From the human T2T-CHM13v2.0 reference genome, Homo sapiens, in NCBI RefSeq assembly GCF_009914755.1, contig NC_060930.1: a DNA stretch of 64,000 nucleotides. One strand, written 5' to 3'. The translations under genes were made by a program, and so were the position numbers. Positions 30,373-45,269 of the stretch are shown here, piece by piece. The notes below the pieces were generated by a model. That model ran no database searches, was not told the origin of the DNA, and saw only the letters and a list, made by a program, of their open reading frames with translations. Each line of letters starts with the position of its first letter. The first letter of the stretch is position 1.

Positions 30373-30776
30373 AACTAAAACCCACACATCTTGACACCTA
30401 CCTCACCTTCTAGTAACACAGAGATTTCTAGTTATGAAATGACAAAATTAAGAGAATGTAATGCTAAGCAACATATATGACAATAATACTTATAATTCAT
30501 GTAACTGACATAGTGCTAGTCTTCATAATACTTAAACAACACCTACAAATCAATAACAAGGGAGGAAAAAGAAACAGTCAACCAACCAACCAAAAATCAT
30601 CAACTCAATAATAACATGGATAAAAAATATGAAAATGCATTTTCCAAAAGAAAATAGCCAAATAGCCAAATTATATGACATGATGCTCAACCTCATTATT
30701 AGTTAGGAAAAATACAAATTAAACACTTTGAGATACCATCAACAAGACACATGAATGGTTTTAATAAAAAACACAA

Positions 30777-31175
<399 letters not shown>

Positions 31176-31630
31176 CTACTTGAGAAAAAATAATTGGTAG
31201 TATTTACTAATGCTGGGTATTTTATGTTACTTAATGCAGAACTTTGACTCCAATGTTTATACCCAACAGAACTGAGTACATACAAGCAACAGAACACCTT
31301 TGCAAAAATAGTAACTGTAGAATTATTTATAATATCTCCAAACTAGCAGCCAGACTGGAATGTCTCAATTGTAATAGATTCATACAATGAATACTCTCCA
31401 GTAATGAAAATGAATTAACTATCTCTACCCACAGCAGCATGAATGAAATATATTTTGAGTAAAAGGAAACAAGCCACAAATAAGTTGATTGTAAAATTAT
31501 ATTTACATACATTTTCTAAAAAGAAAAAAGTTATATGGCAATTGAAATAGAATAGGAGTAATCTTTTTGGAGTAAGGCTTGATAATAATTATGAAGAAAC
31601 AAAAAGGGAGCTTCTAGGGTGGTGTTCGTT

Positions 31631-31667
31631 CTCTCTCTCTCTCTCTCTGTCTCTCTCTCACACACAC
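31631..31667. repeat. (CT)n(CA)n compound microsatellite
   Basis: Directly visible. Confidence 0.9.
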
Positions 31668-31959
31668 TTTTTTGGCCTACACAATTCATCAAAGTATACA
31701 TTTTTAATCTGTAAATTTTTTTGTCTGCATAGTAATTTGCAATAAAAATTGATGAAAAAATTTCAGGATCAAATAAGTTTGGAAACAAATTTGGGAAATA
31801 TGTTAACATTTAATAAGTTCAATTACTTCATAATGTTTAAGCCATTAAAATACTAATTTGTATTTTCCCTGTAAAAATGTAATATATTGTATATATGCTC
31901 CAGTTTACTTCTAGAGAATACATGTTGGGAAATACTAATCTATGTGCAAAATTATTTGG

Positions 31960-32308
31960 CACAACATATGCTGTTTATTACCTCTCTCCTGCTAGCTTTC
32001 TCAGCTTCTGTTTTCTTTATTTCCAGGTTATTTCCTATATGTCAACTATGCTAGATTATATGGGCTCTTCAACACATAAGTCCACCTCTTTCATTTCTCT
32101 CTACCTTATAATGTAATGATTTTCTTCCTGAAATATTTTTCTTTGTATAACATACTTAAGCCCTAAGTAATTTCAAGACTCAAATTATTGTCATCCCCTT
32201 CAGAAAGACTGTTATAATTACCTAGTCTGCATTAAATGTTCCCCTTTTGCTTCTCATAGTAACCTGGCCTCACTCTATCATAGCACTTACAATACTGAGT
32301 TGAAAAGT
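31960..32308 (+). mobile_element. L2 3' relic (continues at ~34704-34790)
   Basis: aagactcaaatt..ccccttcagaaag..ctatcatagcacttac; after the L1 it continues ttcatctatgtaccccaagcatctatcacag. Confidence 0.55.
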
Positions 32309-33600
32309 AGAATATGAATACCATGTGTGACTGGCTTATTTTGCTTAGTATAATGTCCTCAGGGTTCATCCATGATTTTGTATGTGGTAGGATTTCCTTT
32401 TTTAAAGTAAAGAATAGTGCTTCATTAATGTGTCTATTACATTTTCTTTATTCATTCATCTACCAATAAACATTTAGGTTGCTTTCATATATTGGCTATT
32501 GGGAATAATGCTGCAATGAACATGGATGTGCTGGTATCTCTTTGAGATCCTGATTTTAATTATTTTGCATATATACTCAAAGGTGGAATAGCTGAATCAA
32601 ATGGTAGATCTATTTTTAATTTGGGGGGATCCTCCATACTGTTTTCTATAATAGTTGCACCATTTTACATTCATATCAACAGTTTACAAAGATTTCAATT
32701 TCTCCACATTCTTGCCAACACATCTTTTCTTTTAAAAAAATACAAAATTTTACAGGTGTGAAATGACCTCTCATTGTGATTTTGATTTGTATTTCCCTGA
32801 TGATTAGTGATGTTGAAGATCTTTTCATTATCTATCAGACTTTTGTGTGTCTTCTTTGGAGAAATGTGTCTTCAAGTTCTTTGCCTTTTAAAAATCAGGT
32901 TTTTTGTGTTTTTGCTGTTAAGTCATAGGATTTTCCTGCATAGTTTAGGTACTAACCTTTTATCAGACATATGGTTTTCAAATATTTTTCCCATTACAAA
33001 GGTTGCCTTTTTATTCTCTTGATTGGGCTGGTTACAGAATGACAAATACTACATGATTTCATTTATATAAAGTATTTAAAACAATCAAACTCATAGAAGC
33101 AGAAAGTAGTATGGTGGTTGACAGGGTCTGAGAAGAGGGGAAATGGGGAGCTGTAGCTCAACAGGTCTAAACTTTCAGTTATGAATGATAAGTAAATTTT
33201 AAAGATCTGCTGTACAATGTATTGCCTATAGTAAACAATATTGAATAATCCACTTAAAATTTGGTTAAGACAGTAGATTTCATGTTAAGTATTCTTACCA
33301 TAAATAAATAAACAAACAAACAAAAACCAAGGGACACAAGGAAACATGGAGGTGATGGATGTGTCTAATAGCTTGACCATGGTGATGGTTTCATGGGTGT
33401 ACCCTATGAGAAAAGCAAAACTTTGCTTCTACCCATTTAGGGTCTCTGAATGGGCCTACAGATTAATTTGCCTTATGGCAGATTAACAGGAGAAAAAAAT
33501 ACATATTTGTTTAATAAAAGTTTTATGTGACACAGGAGCCCTCATAAGGAAATGAAGAACAAAAGAACTGGCAAACCCTACATTCTTTTATATTGAATTG

Positions 33601-33944
33601 TGATATGCTTTGGCTGTATCCCCACACAAATCTCATCTTGAGTTCCCGTGTGTTGTGGGAGGGACTCCATGGGAGATGATTGAATTTTGGGGGTGGGTCT
33701 TTCCTGTGCTGTTCTCATGGTGGTAGATTAGTCTCAAGAGATCTGATGGTTTTAAAAAGAGGAGTTCCCCTGCACAAGCTCTCTTTTCTTGTCTGCTGGC
33801 ATGTGAGATGTGCCTCTCACCTTCCGCCATGATTGTGAGGCCTCCCCAGCCACGTGGAGCTGTAAGTCCATTGAACCTCTTTCTTTTGTAAGTTGCCTAA
33901 TCCTGGCTATGTCTTTCTGAGCAGTGTGGAAACGGACTAATACA
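33601..33944 (+). mobile_element. THE1A/B solo LTR
   Basis: tgatatgctttggctgt...ggactaataca; TSD aattg/gattg. Confidence 0.92.
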
Positions 33945-33958
33945 GATTGAAAAAATAG

Positions 33959-34453
<495 letters not shown>

Positions 34454-34814
34454 TCATCTCTTGTTTTTAAGAAAAAAAAAAAAAAGGGAGATGACAGTGT
34501 CCTCCTTACATCTGCTGTTTTTTAAGTGCCTTTAACTCAAAAGAATCAATATACGAGAGTGACATTTTTTAGGGTGGTGTTTTCTAAACTCTTTCAATGC
34601 ATTTGCTCAAACTTATCAAATTTTTGTATATATTAAATATGTGCCATTAGGGGTGTATCAATTATACTTAATAAAATTGTTTAAAATAAGAATATGATCA
34701 CCATGAAAATATTTCATTCATCTATGTACCCCAAGCATCTATCACAGTTTGTACACATTAAGTATCAAATGGGTAAATTTATTGCATTTAGAAATCAAAT
34801 AAATTTCAGCCTTC

Positions 34815-34950
34815 ATCCTTATTTATAAAGTAGGGAAATCAAGGTCTAGCCAAAGTGTTGTGATGTTTCCTTTATGCTTATACATAGCTAGAGAGATGTA
34901 GCATCAAGGTCGAAATTCAGGTATCCAGACTTCCAACACATCGCTCTTTC
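34815..34950 (-). mobile_element. MIR relic
   Basis: ggaaatcaaggtct..aattcaggtatccagacttccaa..gctcttt. Confidence 0.45.
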
Positions 34951-35229
34951 ATCATCAGTGTCTACGTAGAAAGCAACACAGTGCATCTCAGTATATTGGG
35001 ATATTTCTACAATCTTCATTTCTACACTGATGCAGTGTTTCTTTGGCAATGGTAGACAATATCTCCAGCTGCAGATTTCCTTACCGATAAAGGAATTATA
35101 TATTTTCTGTGTGTCTGTGCTTTTCTCTGAATTGCTCTGTCAGCACATGAATGAATATGAAATATGCTTAGATAAGGAAGCACACCAATGTTAGATCGTA
35201 TGGCTGGTTCTCAGCTTTGTATTTTATAT

Positions 35230-35330
35230 GCTCTCAGGGTTATTATGAGGATTAATTGATTTAATACATGTAAGGAGCTTAGAATAGTGCCTGGCACATA
35301 ATAAAGCCTAGGTGACTGCTAATTATTGTC
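35230..35330 (+). mobile_element. MIR 3' part
   Basis: cagggttattatgaggattaa..taatacatgtaaggagcttagaatagtgcctggcacataataa. Confidence 0.8.
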
Positions 35331-36428
35331 ACTATTTTTCTTTATTATGTAAAGATTTGTCTTTTTGCTACTATGGAAACATGTGAAAAAGCATAAAAAC
35401 ACATAGTATATCTTTGTGTTAATGCAAGTGGATGTTATGTTGAAATAAAGAACAGTTAGGTACAAAATTGAACTTCAGTACTAAAATGATTTCAGTGAAA
35501 AATGAACAAGGAAACTTAATACCATTCTTCTCTTCTTGTCATAGTGCTCATGTTTACAGGAGTTTATTTATACCTGACAAGCTGGAGTGGATAAGACATA
35601 GTCTATAACGTCTCTCCCACTTTCTTCTGTAGTTCTTGCTATGGTTGAAATGAAACTTTGTTATAATGCTCAGGTACCATTGATTGCTCATAAATATAAG
35701 TGAGAATGACAATTTCTAAGGTTGAAATGGTTCAATTTTAAAATGAAAGATTAAGAAGTGCCAATATCTCTAAAAACTTGAGCTATGTAGCTTTCATCAT
35801 AGCCTTGGGGTTATTTTGAAGAGTTTACATTAGTAGGGAAGTATTATATGCATACAAACAATTTTCTACATAAAACATGGGAATCTGATATTATCTAGAT
35901 CAAAGAACTCTCGGAAAGGAGACTTTCTATTCTTTTGTAAATGATCCGTAGACCCTTTTAACATAGCACACATTAAGAATGTTTAGTTCAAAAAATTTTG
36001 TTATGAATTGTACACACCGTAGCAACACAAATCCTGTTTAAGCGTGTTACTGTGGCTTATCTTAAAAAGAGAACTGTTTAATTTTCAGTCAGCTTCTAAT
36101 TTGATATCAAATGATATTTACCTTCCAAAATAAAGTGGATGGGTTCAACATAATACGTGTTATTAAACATAACATAACATAAATACGTGTTATTAAAGTA
36201 TGAAATGTTTTTATTAAAAATGCTTTCAGATGAGCTGTATTTATTAATACTCTCTTAATACAAAAAATAATTTTAGGTAATCTATTTACTTTATGCCACA
36301 CATTTCTATTAATTATCGATGCATTTTTCCATTGATTAATTTATGTTCTTGATAGAATTTGATTTAATTTGAGAGCTGGAAGGTATGCTATAAATTTATA
36401 CACTGGCAAATGTTATTTTATAATATAA

Positions 36429-36910
36429 GTTTATTAGTTCCCTGGGGCTGAAGTAACAAAGTACACACACTAAGTGTCTGAAGATAATGGATATGAATTA
36501 TCTCCCAGATCTGGAAAATACAAGTTTGAAATCTGTAGGGTAGAGCCATATACCCTCTGAGACTCTAAGTAGACTCCTTCTTGCCTTTTCCTTGCTTCTG
36601 GTGGTTGCAGGCAACCCTTAGCATTCCTTGGCTTACAGCTGCATTAGCATGTTCCTCTGTTTTCAAATGGCATCTTCCTGTGTGTCTTCTCATTGTCTTT
36701 CCTCTGTGTATGTCTGTCTCTGTCTAAACTTATCTTTCTTACAAGTACAGCAGTTACATTGGACTAGGGCCTACCTAACGTTATTTTAACTTCATTGGCT
36801 CCATAAAGACCTTATTTCCAAGAACCACATTTTGAGGTACTAAAGTTTAGGACTTCAACATATCTTTTTTGGGGTTGGGGAGGGGGTGATACAATTCAAT
36901 CAATAGCAGC
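36429..36910 (-). mobile_element. MLT1C-like LTR
   Basis: tattagttccctggggctg..gcattccttggctt..taaagaccttatttcca..aggacttcaacatatctt..acaattcaa. Confidence 0.85.
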
Positions 36911-37058
36911 AACTGTTAATGCAATTTGAAAATGTGGACATTGATCCACTTGATTTCATTTAAAAGAAATTGGGGTAAGAAACATATAGCATGTCAAATA
37001 TGTACAATTTCTTTTTGATTCAAATAGAACAGTAGCAAATTCAAAAATTTAAGAAATT

Positions 37059-37359
37059 GGCTGGGCATGGTGGCTCACTCCTGTAATCCCAGCACTTTTG
37101 GAGGCTGAGGCTGGCGGATCACATGAGGCCAGGAGTTCTAGACCAGCCTGGCCAACATGGCAAAACTCCCTCTCTACTAAAAATACAAAAATTAGCTGGG
37201 CGTGGTGGCACACGCCTGTGATCCCAGCTACTTAGGAGACTGAAGCAGAAGAATCACTTGAACCTGGGAGGTGAAGGTTGCTGTGAGCTGAGGTTGTGCC
37301 ACTGCACTCCAGCCTGGGCAACAGAGCGGGGATCTGTCTCAAAAAAATAAATAAATAAA
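37059..37359 (+). mobile_element. AluSx/Sz
   Basis: Full dimer with (TAAA)n tail. Confidence 0.95.
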
Positions 37360-37794
37360 TTTTTTATGTTCTTATGAATTTTCTTTTCGTTGTTAAAAAG
37401 AAAATCAAAACCTCCAGTAACTCATTCATCTCATTCTTACATTATTTCTATTAAGACATAAGGGTCTGAATTTGCTTGTTGGGTTCCCTTTTGAATAGGT
37501 ACATTTAATGGAATTTAAAAATCCATATATCTTGAAAAGGTTCTATCTCAGTTTCCAAAAGATTGCTCAAATTTTGGTTACACTTTAATTTTTTGATATA
37601 ACACAGTAATGTGTTTTATTCCTTGGACATTTATATTTTTATCCAGTTATTTTTATTGTAACAGATATCAATCGATTTGTAATATAAATCGGAATCTGTT
37701 GACTCAAAATTTATATGTGTTTTTCTCAAAAGTTATTTGGTACACAGGCATATATTCTCAAGCTCTGGCATAAAAAATAAATTAGTATTGAAGG

Positions 37795-38234
37795 CGCATT
37801 AGTTTGCTTGGGCTGCCGTAATAAAATATCACAGGCTGAATAGCTTCAATGACAAATTTATTTTCTCACAGTTAGGGAGGCTAGAAGTCTGTGATCACGG
37901 TGAAAATGTATTTAGCTTCTTGTGAGGGCTCTCTTCCTAGCTTGCAGATAGCCGTCTTCTCACGGTGTGCTCACGTGCTTTTCCTTGGTATGTGTGTGGG
38001 CATACATAGAGAAAGACAAAAAGAGAGAGAGAAGGAGAGAGCAGGGGATCTCTGGTGCTCTGGTGTCTCTTCTTATAAGAACATTAACGCTTTCAGATCA
38101 GGGCCTGCCCCATAAGGTAATGGGACCCTATTTAACCTTAATTATTTAGAGGCTTTGTCTCCAAATACAGACATACTGAGGCTTTGGGCTCAACATATGA
38201 ATTTTGGGGGTTCACAAAAATTCAGTTCACAACA
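37795..38234 (-). mobile_element. MLT1A-like LTR
   Basis: cgcattagtttgcttgggctgcc...attcagttcacaaca with 5-bp TSD gaagg on both sides. Confidence 0.88.
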
Positions 38235-38656
38235 GAAGGCGTTGAACAAGTTCTTTCAGGACGACAGCTGTGTTGAAGCTTTTTGATAGCCTTTTAATGT
38301 AAAGCATTTTGCGCTTGCTTGTTGATATTGCCTACAAAATTAAGTTAGCTCCATTCTACTATATGGATACAGAATGATTACCGTTATTTGCTATCTTAGG
38401 AAAACATGTTGCTATTGAAGAAAGACTGAATTAGAGAGGATCAAATAAGTGCAAATATATTATTCCTAAAAGAAAACCTCTATTACACAGTTCCCTAAAT
38501 GTTTCTGAAAAGTTATATTTATGTGAGTTATGTAGTTTTTCTGCATATGATTGATCAGTTGTCAGTGAGGTTCAAAGAAGGCCTGTTTTTAAGTAACAGT
38601 AAACTCAATGGAAATCAAAAGTATGATTTTGCTGCCAAAATTTTTCCAAATAAGGT

Positions 38657-39021
38657 TGATATGGTTTAGCTGTGTCTCCACCAAAATCTCATCTTGAACT
38701 GTAGCTCCCATAATTCCCATGTGTTGTGGAAGGGACCTGGTGGGAGATAATTGAACCATGGGGGCGGTTTCCTCCATACTGTTCTCATCATAGTGAATAA
38801 ATCTCATGATATCTGATGGTTTTATAAGGGAAAACCCTTTTGCTTGGTTCTCAGTTTTTTCTTTTTTGCTGCTGCCATGTAAGATGTGCCCGTTGCCTCC
38901 TGCCATGACTGTGAGGCCTCCCCACCCACGTGGAACTGTGAGTCCATTAAACCTCTTTTTCTTTATAAATTACCCATTCTCAGGTATGTCTTTGTCAGCA
39001 GTGTGAAAATAGACTAATACA
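38657..39021 (+). mobile_element. THE1C-like solo LTR
   Basis: tgatatggtttagctgtgtc...gactaataca; exact TSD aaggt. Confidence 0.93.
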
Positions 39022-40039
39022 AAGGTGTACCAATAGTAATTTAGTCTCTAGAATTTGTATTGGTTGGTAATTATCTAAATTTTTTTTAGTTAATTAAAAC
39101 ATTAGGGTAAGAAATACATTGATGAAAAAATATATTTAGGAGAAGTAATTTATGTTATAAGAGATGAGGTGACCTATGATATGAAGAATGTTGAAGAAAT
39201 AATTGAGTATGAGATGCCCAATATGTACTTGAGATCTCTAATATGAAATATTGAGGGAAAGATTAAATATATTTCTAATAGAATTTCCTGTTGACATGAA
39301 AACTGCCTTTGCTTTGAATAGAGATTTGGATTTAATAAAAGGCAACTTTATTTGAAAACCATATATGTGAAGGCATTGTCTTTGGTAGTTGCTTTATCTA
39401 CACAATCTCATTTAATTTTCATAAATAACTGTTGGGATAGTTATTAATGCTTTAATCTTAATTGCTAACATCCAGGCTTCTCAATATGACACACTGCTTA
39501 ACCCCCCAAATCTCTCAGTCTCTCTGAATTTGCTTAGATTTGTATTTATGTGAATGGTCTACTTCTGGAGATGAGAAGTTTCTATCTTAAAGAATAGAGA
39601 AGTTGGATGAATTCCTGGTAGGATACAGTAGAAGTGATTCAAACATAAAGTAAAGATAGGGAAACAATGTTTCTAAAGGGAAGAATACCAATTCCCACAC
39701 ACGATATACATTCTTATTCGAGATCTTTGGGACTAAAATAATTTTCTGATATTTTCCAGAAAATCTCCATTTACACAATAATTCTAGGTGCAAAGCTTCA
39801 TTACCTCATACGTGAAGGGATAGGAACATATTATTTTAATCATTTTGATATTTAGACCTACTATCAGGTTTAGGATGAGGCATCAACAAAAATACAGAAT
39901 GTCTCAAGCTGAAGGTGACAAAAAAAAGTCATGAATGAATTATAAATATAGAACCTAAGAAAAATAGTGAGTTAATCGCAGTGTTAAGGTTAAAAGAACA
40001 CCCTCCCCTAAATATATAGAGACAGCAACTATATGTTGC

Positions 40040-40190
40040 CAACATTTTACATAAATTTCATCATTGCAAAAACTTATAGGCATAATTTTCCAATTTTATA
40101 CATATGCAAAACTGAAACCTAGAGATTAAGCCATCATACTGCTTTTAAATGGCAGACTGTAGATTCCAATTCAGCTCTATTTTTATTCAA
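40040..40190 (-). mobile_element. MIR relic
   Basis: ccaattttatacatatgcaaaactgaaacctagagattaag..aaatggcagact..gattccaattcag. Confidence 0.5.
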
Positions 40191-40342
40191 AAACTTCAAA
40201 CTTCAGGAAATTCAATTATTTCTATACCTCAATTTCGTGAAGGCTGTTTGTGAAAATTTGAATAGTTATGGATAAAAGGTATACTTGCATTTTCCTGGAG
40301 AGAGGGACCATAGCTTTTATAAGATTCTCAAATAGGTCTGTG

Positions 40343-40372
40343 AAACAAACAAACAAACAAACAAACAAAAAA
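40343..40372. repeat. (CAAA)n microsatellite
   Basis: Directly visible. Confidence 0.9.
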
Positions 40373-40957
40373 GGTATTGGGGAATAAAATTTCTTAGGTA
40401 TTAATGAAGAATATTAATTGAAATAAAAGATGGCTCTAAGTTTTTATAGATTTGGGGTTTTTAAATCTTTTCCTGTGGATTCCTTTGTTTTTACTGATAT
40501 GGTATTTTAGTGTTACCTTTGAATTTTACTTTGGATATTTATTTGTAACTATCTTAAAAGCTGAAATTACACATAATTGACACACAGATATGTTCCATGC
40601 CAAATTTTAATAATTTACATCAATCAAAATATTAACTTTTGGTGCTAATAGTAAAAATTCTTGTGATCTCCCATTGAAAATTATTCAAAAGTTGCAACAC
40701 AAGTCACCATCGCAACTTACTTGTCTTACTCAGATTTTTCAGTTATTGTACACTCATCTCCCATCCAAAAAATGAAAATCTTTTTATATAAGTTTTTATT
40801 TCTATAAGTCTGAGGCAAAAGTTTAGCTAATCAGAACTGTTTATTAGGTTCATTCATAATTATTTTATCCAAAGTATAAACCTTCTTTTTGATGCTGAAG
40901 TGAGAAGAGATAGTTTGTAATCTGTATGAAGATGAGGAGGGAACATAGACTTCATGA

Positions 40958-41412
40958 TGCTATAGGTTTAATTGTGTCCCCACCAAATTTGTATGTTGAA
41001 GTTATAACCCCCGGTATCTCAAAATGTGATCCTGTTTGGAGGATCTTTACAAAGATAGTCAGGTTAAAATGAGGTCATTGGAGTAGCACCTAATTCAATA
41101 TTATTGGTGTCTTTACAAAAAGAAGAAATTTAAAAACAGAAGACACACAGGGAGAACACTGCGGGACGGTGAAGGCAGAGATCAGGGTGATATGTCTGCA
41201 AGCCAAGGAGTGCCTAAGATTGCCAGCAAACCTCTGAAGCTGGAAGAGAGGCATGAGAAAGATTCTTCCTCACAACCTGCAGAGAAACCAACCATGTCTG
41301 CACCTCGATTTCAGGATTCTAGCCCTTAGAACTGGGAGACAATCAATTTTTGTTGTCTAAATCACCCAGTTGTTATATTGTTGTGGCAGGCATGTCATAG
41401 AAAACCAGTACA
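40958..41412 (+). mobile_element. MLT1C LTR
   Basis: tgctataggtttaattgtgtcccc..ttaaaatgaggtcat..caagccaaggagtgcc..gattgccagcaa..aaaccagtaca. Confidence 0.88.
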
Positions 41413-43419
41413 TGTAAGTTCTTACACAGCTGTAATCAGACCACTTTTGATCCTCAACCGAATTCTTATATACATAGGTAACTGGGATTGCCAATTTCTT
41501 AGCATTTTTGGAGGGGTTTTATGATTGAAACTTTCATCTTGATTTCTCCAGTTTTGATGGTGCTTTCACAGGTCTGATAATATCAGCTATCATTACTTTT
41601 TTTTTTTTACAAAAAAAAAATTTACATCAGCCTTTTTACTTAACTCTAACTGCAAAATTTGTTCTTATCTTCTCTTCCCCTACATTTTTAGGTTTACAGG
41701 TTGAAGCCTTTAAAAAATTTACTTTCTGATCATTGAAGTTAGTACTGTGGAAGGGAAGGACATGAATTCATATATTCTATATGATATCTTTAACTGAAAT
41801 TTCCATGAATTTAGAAAATAAAAACATTATAACTTGATCATGTAACATAAGCATATTCACTATACTATCAATTTTTATTTACACTGTATTTTATTGAAAG
41901 GAGAACTGCTTTGCTCAAAATGTTTGAAAACTACTGAGCTGCGAATTCTGTGCAAAAACTTCTTTGAACCTAATAATGTAGAAAATTACCCTGGTGCTCA
42001 GTTTTACTCTCTATTATAACACACATTTATTTTTCTTTTATAAAATTTTTATACACATTCATGAGCCAAGGAAGTCAAATGTGTTGATTTCACAAACATT
42101 ATGGTGTCTTCAGTCTTAGCTCATCATCTTTAGCTGTTAACATTAAGCTCTACCATTCATCACAACAACTACAAAATTAAATCAGAAATGGAAATGAAGT
42201 GAATCTGAAAATGATAAGTACTATACAGATAAAACCTGAATCTTTTTACCTTTTACAAGTGCCGATGGTTTTGCATTGATAGAACTTAACATTGCTGAGA
42301 GATAAGTTAGACACTTGGTTTTGTATGAGGATCCTGTCTCTAAAATAAAATAAATGATAAAAGCATCATTCATTCCTTCATCATTCACTAATCTTTAGTG
42401 GTCAACAGAATCACTTATCCTGTGATTTTCATGGGATGCCCTCTAATATCCAATTGGATACATTTGTGAAATGGTTAACTCTACTTGAAGTTCTATGTGC
42501 TATAGTTGTTGAATAGTTTTCTTTATCATTCAGCTTATTTCCTTAACATATTGACCTAGTAATACTATCATATAATTAGCCTAGGTGCTGAAATGGACAA
42601 TCCTTAAGTTATCAAATCAACAAGTGCTTATTTTTCAAACTCTCAAAATGATTCTTTCATTGCTGAGGTAATGGAGAGTCTCCAAAACCCATGTGGGGGA
42701 GGCTATTTGTTCACTGTAGACCTTTCCATCTCCTGAGGTACATTTGATGAGGCTAAAAACCTGATGAAATTATTGTTCTCTCTTGAATGATTCCCTGTAT
42801 TGTATTAGATCATACAATTTCTGAGCATAATGTCTTAAAAATCAACTAATTGTTTTTCTCGAAATATCTGAAAAAATGCATTGTTTGTGTCAATCTTGGT
42901 TCAGGCTAGGGTAAACCAAAATACGTTTTCAAAAAATATTTTTATTCTAACATTTCTTCTGTGGTTATCAAAATTGGATGCAGACTCTATGTTCCTGCTT
43001 AGCCACATGAACATCTTTGGTGAATATTTTTAAATGGTTGTTGAGCTTGTCATAAGCACAGTTGTAATGATCCTATTTTAAAAGAATTATATATAATTGG
43101 GTCATAGCAAGAGCTAAGTATATGGCATAAGAAACTTACTCAATGGCAGAAGGACTTTCAAGCTAAAGCCAAACCTTTTATTAGGTCTCTTTGTTAATAA
43201 AATATGGTCATTGTGAATTTTGTTGAGGCAGCTTAAAACTTTTGAACGGATAGCTTGAATGTAAGTTATCTATCCATTTTCCTATGTATGTATGTATCTA
43301 TCAATCAATGTAACATCTTTCTAGTTAGATTTTCTTATCATCTATTCCAGAAGTGAAGTATAGTTATTAACAATGGATCATATTTAACACGTCTTATGAA
43401 GATACCTACCATCTGTGAT

Positions 43420-43858
43420 TTATTTTAAGTTTTCCAGTTTATCGAGGTTGTTTGACAAATCAAAATTGTCTATACTGAAGTTGTACAATGTGTTTTGATG
43501 TTGAAGGTGTTTTGAGATATGCATATGTTGTGAAATGATCACAATCAAGCTAATTAACATATCAATCACCTCACTACATAGTTACCATTTTTTTCCTGTG
43601 GTGATAATACTTGAGATCTACTCTCTTAGCAAATTTCAAGTATACAATACATTATTATTAACTCTAGTCACCATGCCCTACATGCTGTCTCCAGAATTTT
43701 TCATCTTATAAGTGAAAGTTTGCACCCTTTTACCAATATGTCGCCATTCCCCACTCCCTCACTCAGCCCCTGGTAAGCAGCAGTATACTGTCTTTCTATC
43801 GGTTTGATTTTTTTAGGTTCCACATATAAATGAGATCATTTACTATTTGTCTTTCTGA
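43420..43858 (-). mobile_element. L1MA8/9-like 3' end fragment
   Basis: tgtgaaatgatcacaatcaagctaattaacatatc..gatctactctcttagcaaatttcaagtatacaatac. Confidence 0.85.
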
Positions 43859-44189
43859 ATATAAAGATACTTTCTGTTTTTTCTAGAAGTTAGGATTGAA
43901 TTTTTGTGTCTCGTCACCTTAGGCATTCTGAAGTTGATAGTTGGTATTTATGGGATTGACACTGGAAGAAAATAGAATATAATAACTACCTGCCTTTCAT
44001 CCTTCCCTGAGTTACCAGTCTTGACATTTCCATACGACCTTTTAAGTGTTTCTAATTTCATTTTCTCAGGAACCTCCTTTATATGTTACTTTCTGTTTCT
44101 CCTGTGTAAACTTGGTCCCTTTATCTTCTTTACAACCATTGTATCAAGTGCAACTGTGTTGCTGCACTCACTTACTTACTTTTGTGATG

Positions 44190-44350
44190 ATTACTTATTT
44201 TCTTTTAAGAATCCTAAACTAGATTATGAGCCACTGGCAGACAATGACAGAGTTTTAATGGCCTACTATTGCTAGTACTGGGGATAGGTGCTAGCTAGAT
44301 ACTGGCTAGTACCTAGATAGAATAGACATTAAATTAATGTTTGTTGAATA
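44190..44350 (+). mobile_element. L2 3' end relic
   Basis: ctagattatgagccact..cagagt..aatgtttgttgaat. Confidence 0.55.
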
Positions 44351-45269
44351 TATTTTCTGTGTGTATGATTAGTCTATCTGATTTTAATTGTAAGAGAAAG
44401 GTAGTGAAAACCAACCACATTTTTTAAAATAAAATAATGGCTGACTAGTCTTCAGATTTTCCTGAAATGACAAAAAAGAAAGATAAGGCAATTCCTTAAA
44501 ACTTCTTAATTCCTACATATGTTTTGAAGGTAGAAAAAAAAATCATATAGTTAAAACAATGCCATTCAAATCTCATTCAGTAGTTTCCAGAAATGACATT
44601 TGCAGAATGTTTTCTTAATAATGTATATCTATTCATAAAGGTATTGATATTGTATCTTTTCCTTTTTCTATGGTTACTTCAAGTTCCTTAACACCTTTAC
44701 CAACTCATGGATTCTAAGTTGCACGGATTTATCTTCATCACTCAGAAAACCTAATTCAAGTTGACTATATTTTAAACTTTTCTTTATGTAACATCTATTT
44801 CGTTTCCTATTTACTATGATTTCAAGCTTGTATAATGTTCTAAAATTTAGATTTTACCAATAGAAAAATAAAGAATACAAATAAACTAAGAACTTATTAA
44901 AAATAAAAATGTGAGGAAATATTTCCTCATTCTAAATTGGCATAAAATTAAATATCTTTTAAGTTTTGTTAATTTTCCTAATCATCTGTTTCCCATTTTA
45001 CATATTAAAACATCTTGTATATTTTATAATTTCTTGTGAAATGACATATTTTATGACTTTTTAATGACACATGTTATAATGTATTAAGATTGGTGTATGT
45101 GGACATATTGAATTTATTCACTCTTTTTTTTTCATTTGACACATTCTAATTTGCAATGGCTTTTATGTGATAATATAAATAAGCAAAAATGCACACATCT
45201 GTTATTCCAGTTATACTATTAAACCTTCCAAAATATTGGGACATTCAGCTTTTTTAAAAACCCCCATAT

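Noticed and set aside
34950-35040. Imperfect inverted repeat (catcagtgt / acactgatg) as a pre-miRNA-like hairpin
   Set aside because: Pairing is short and interrupted; cannot support an ncRNA without folding and expression data
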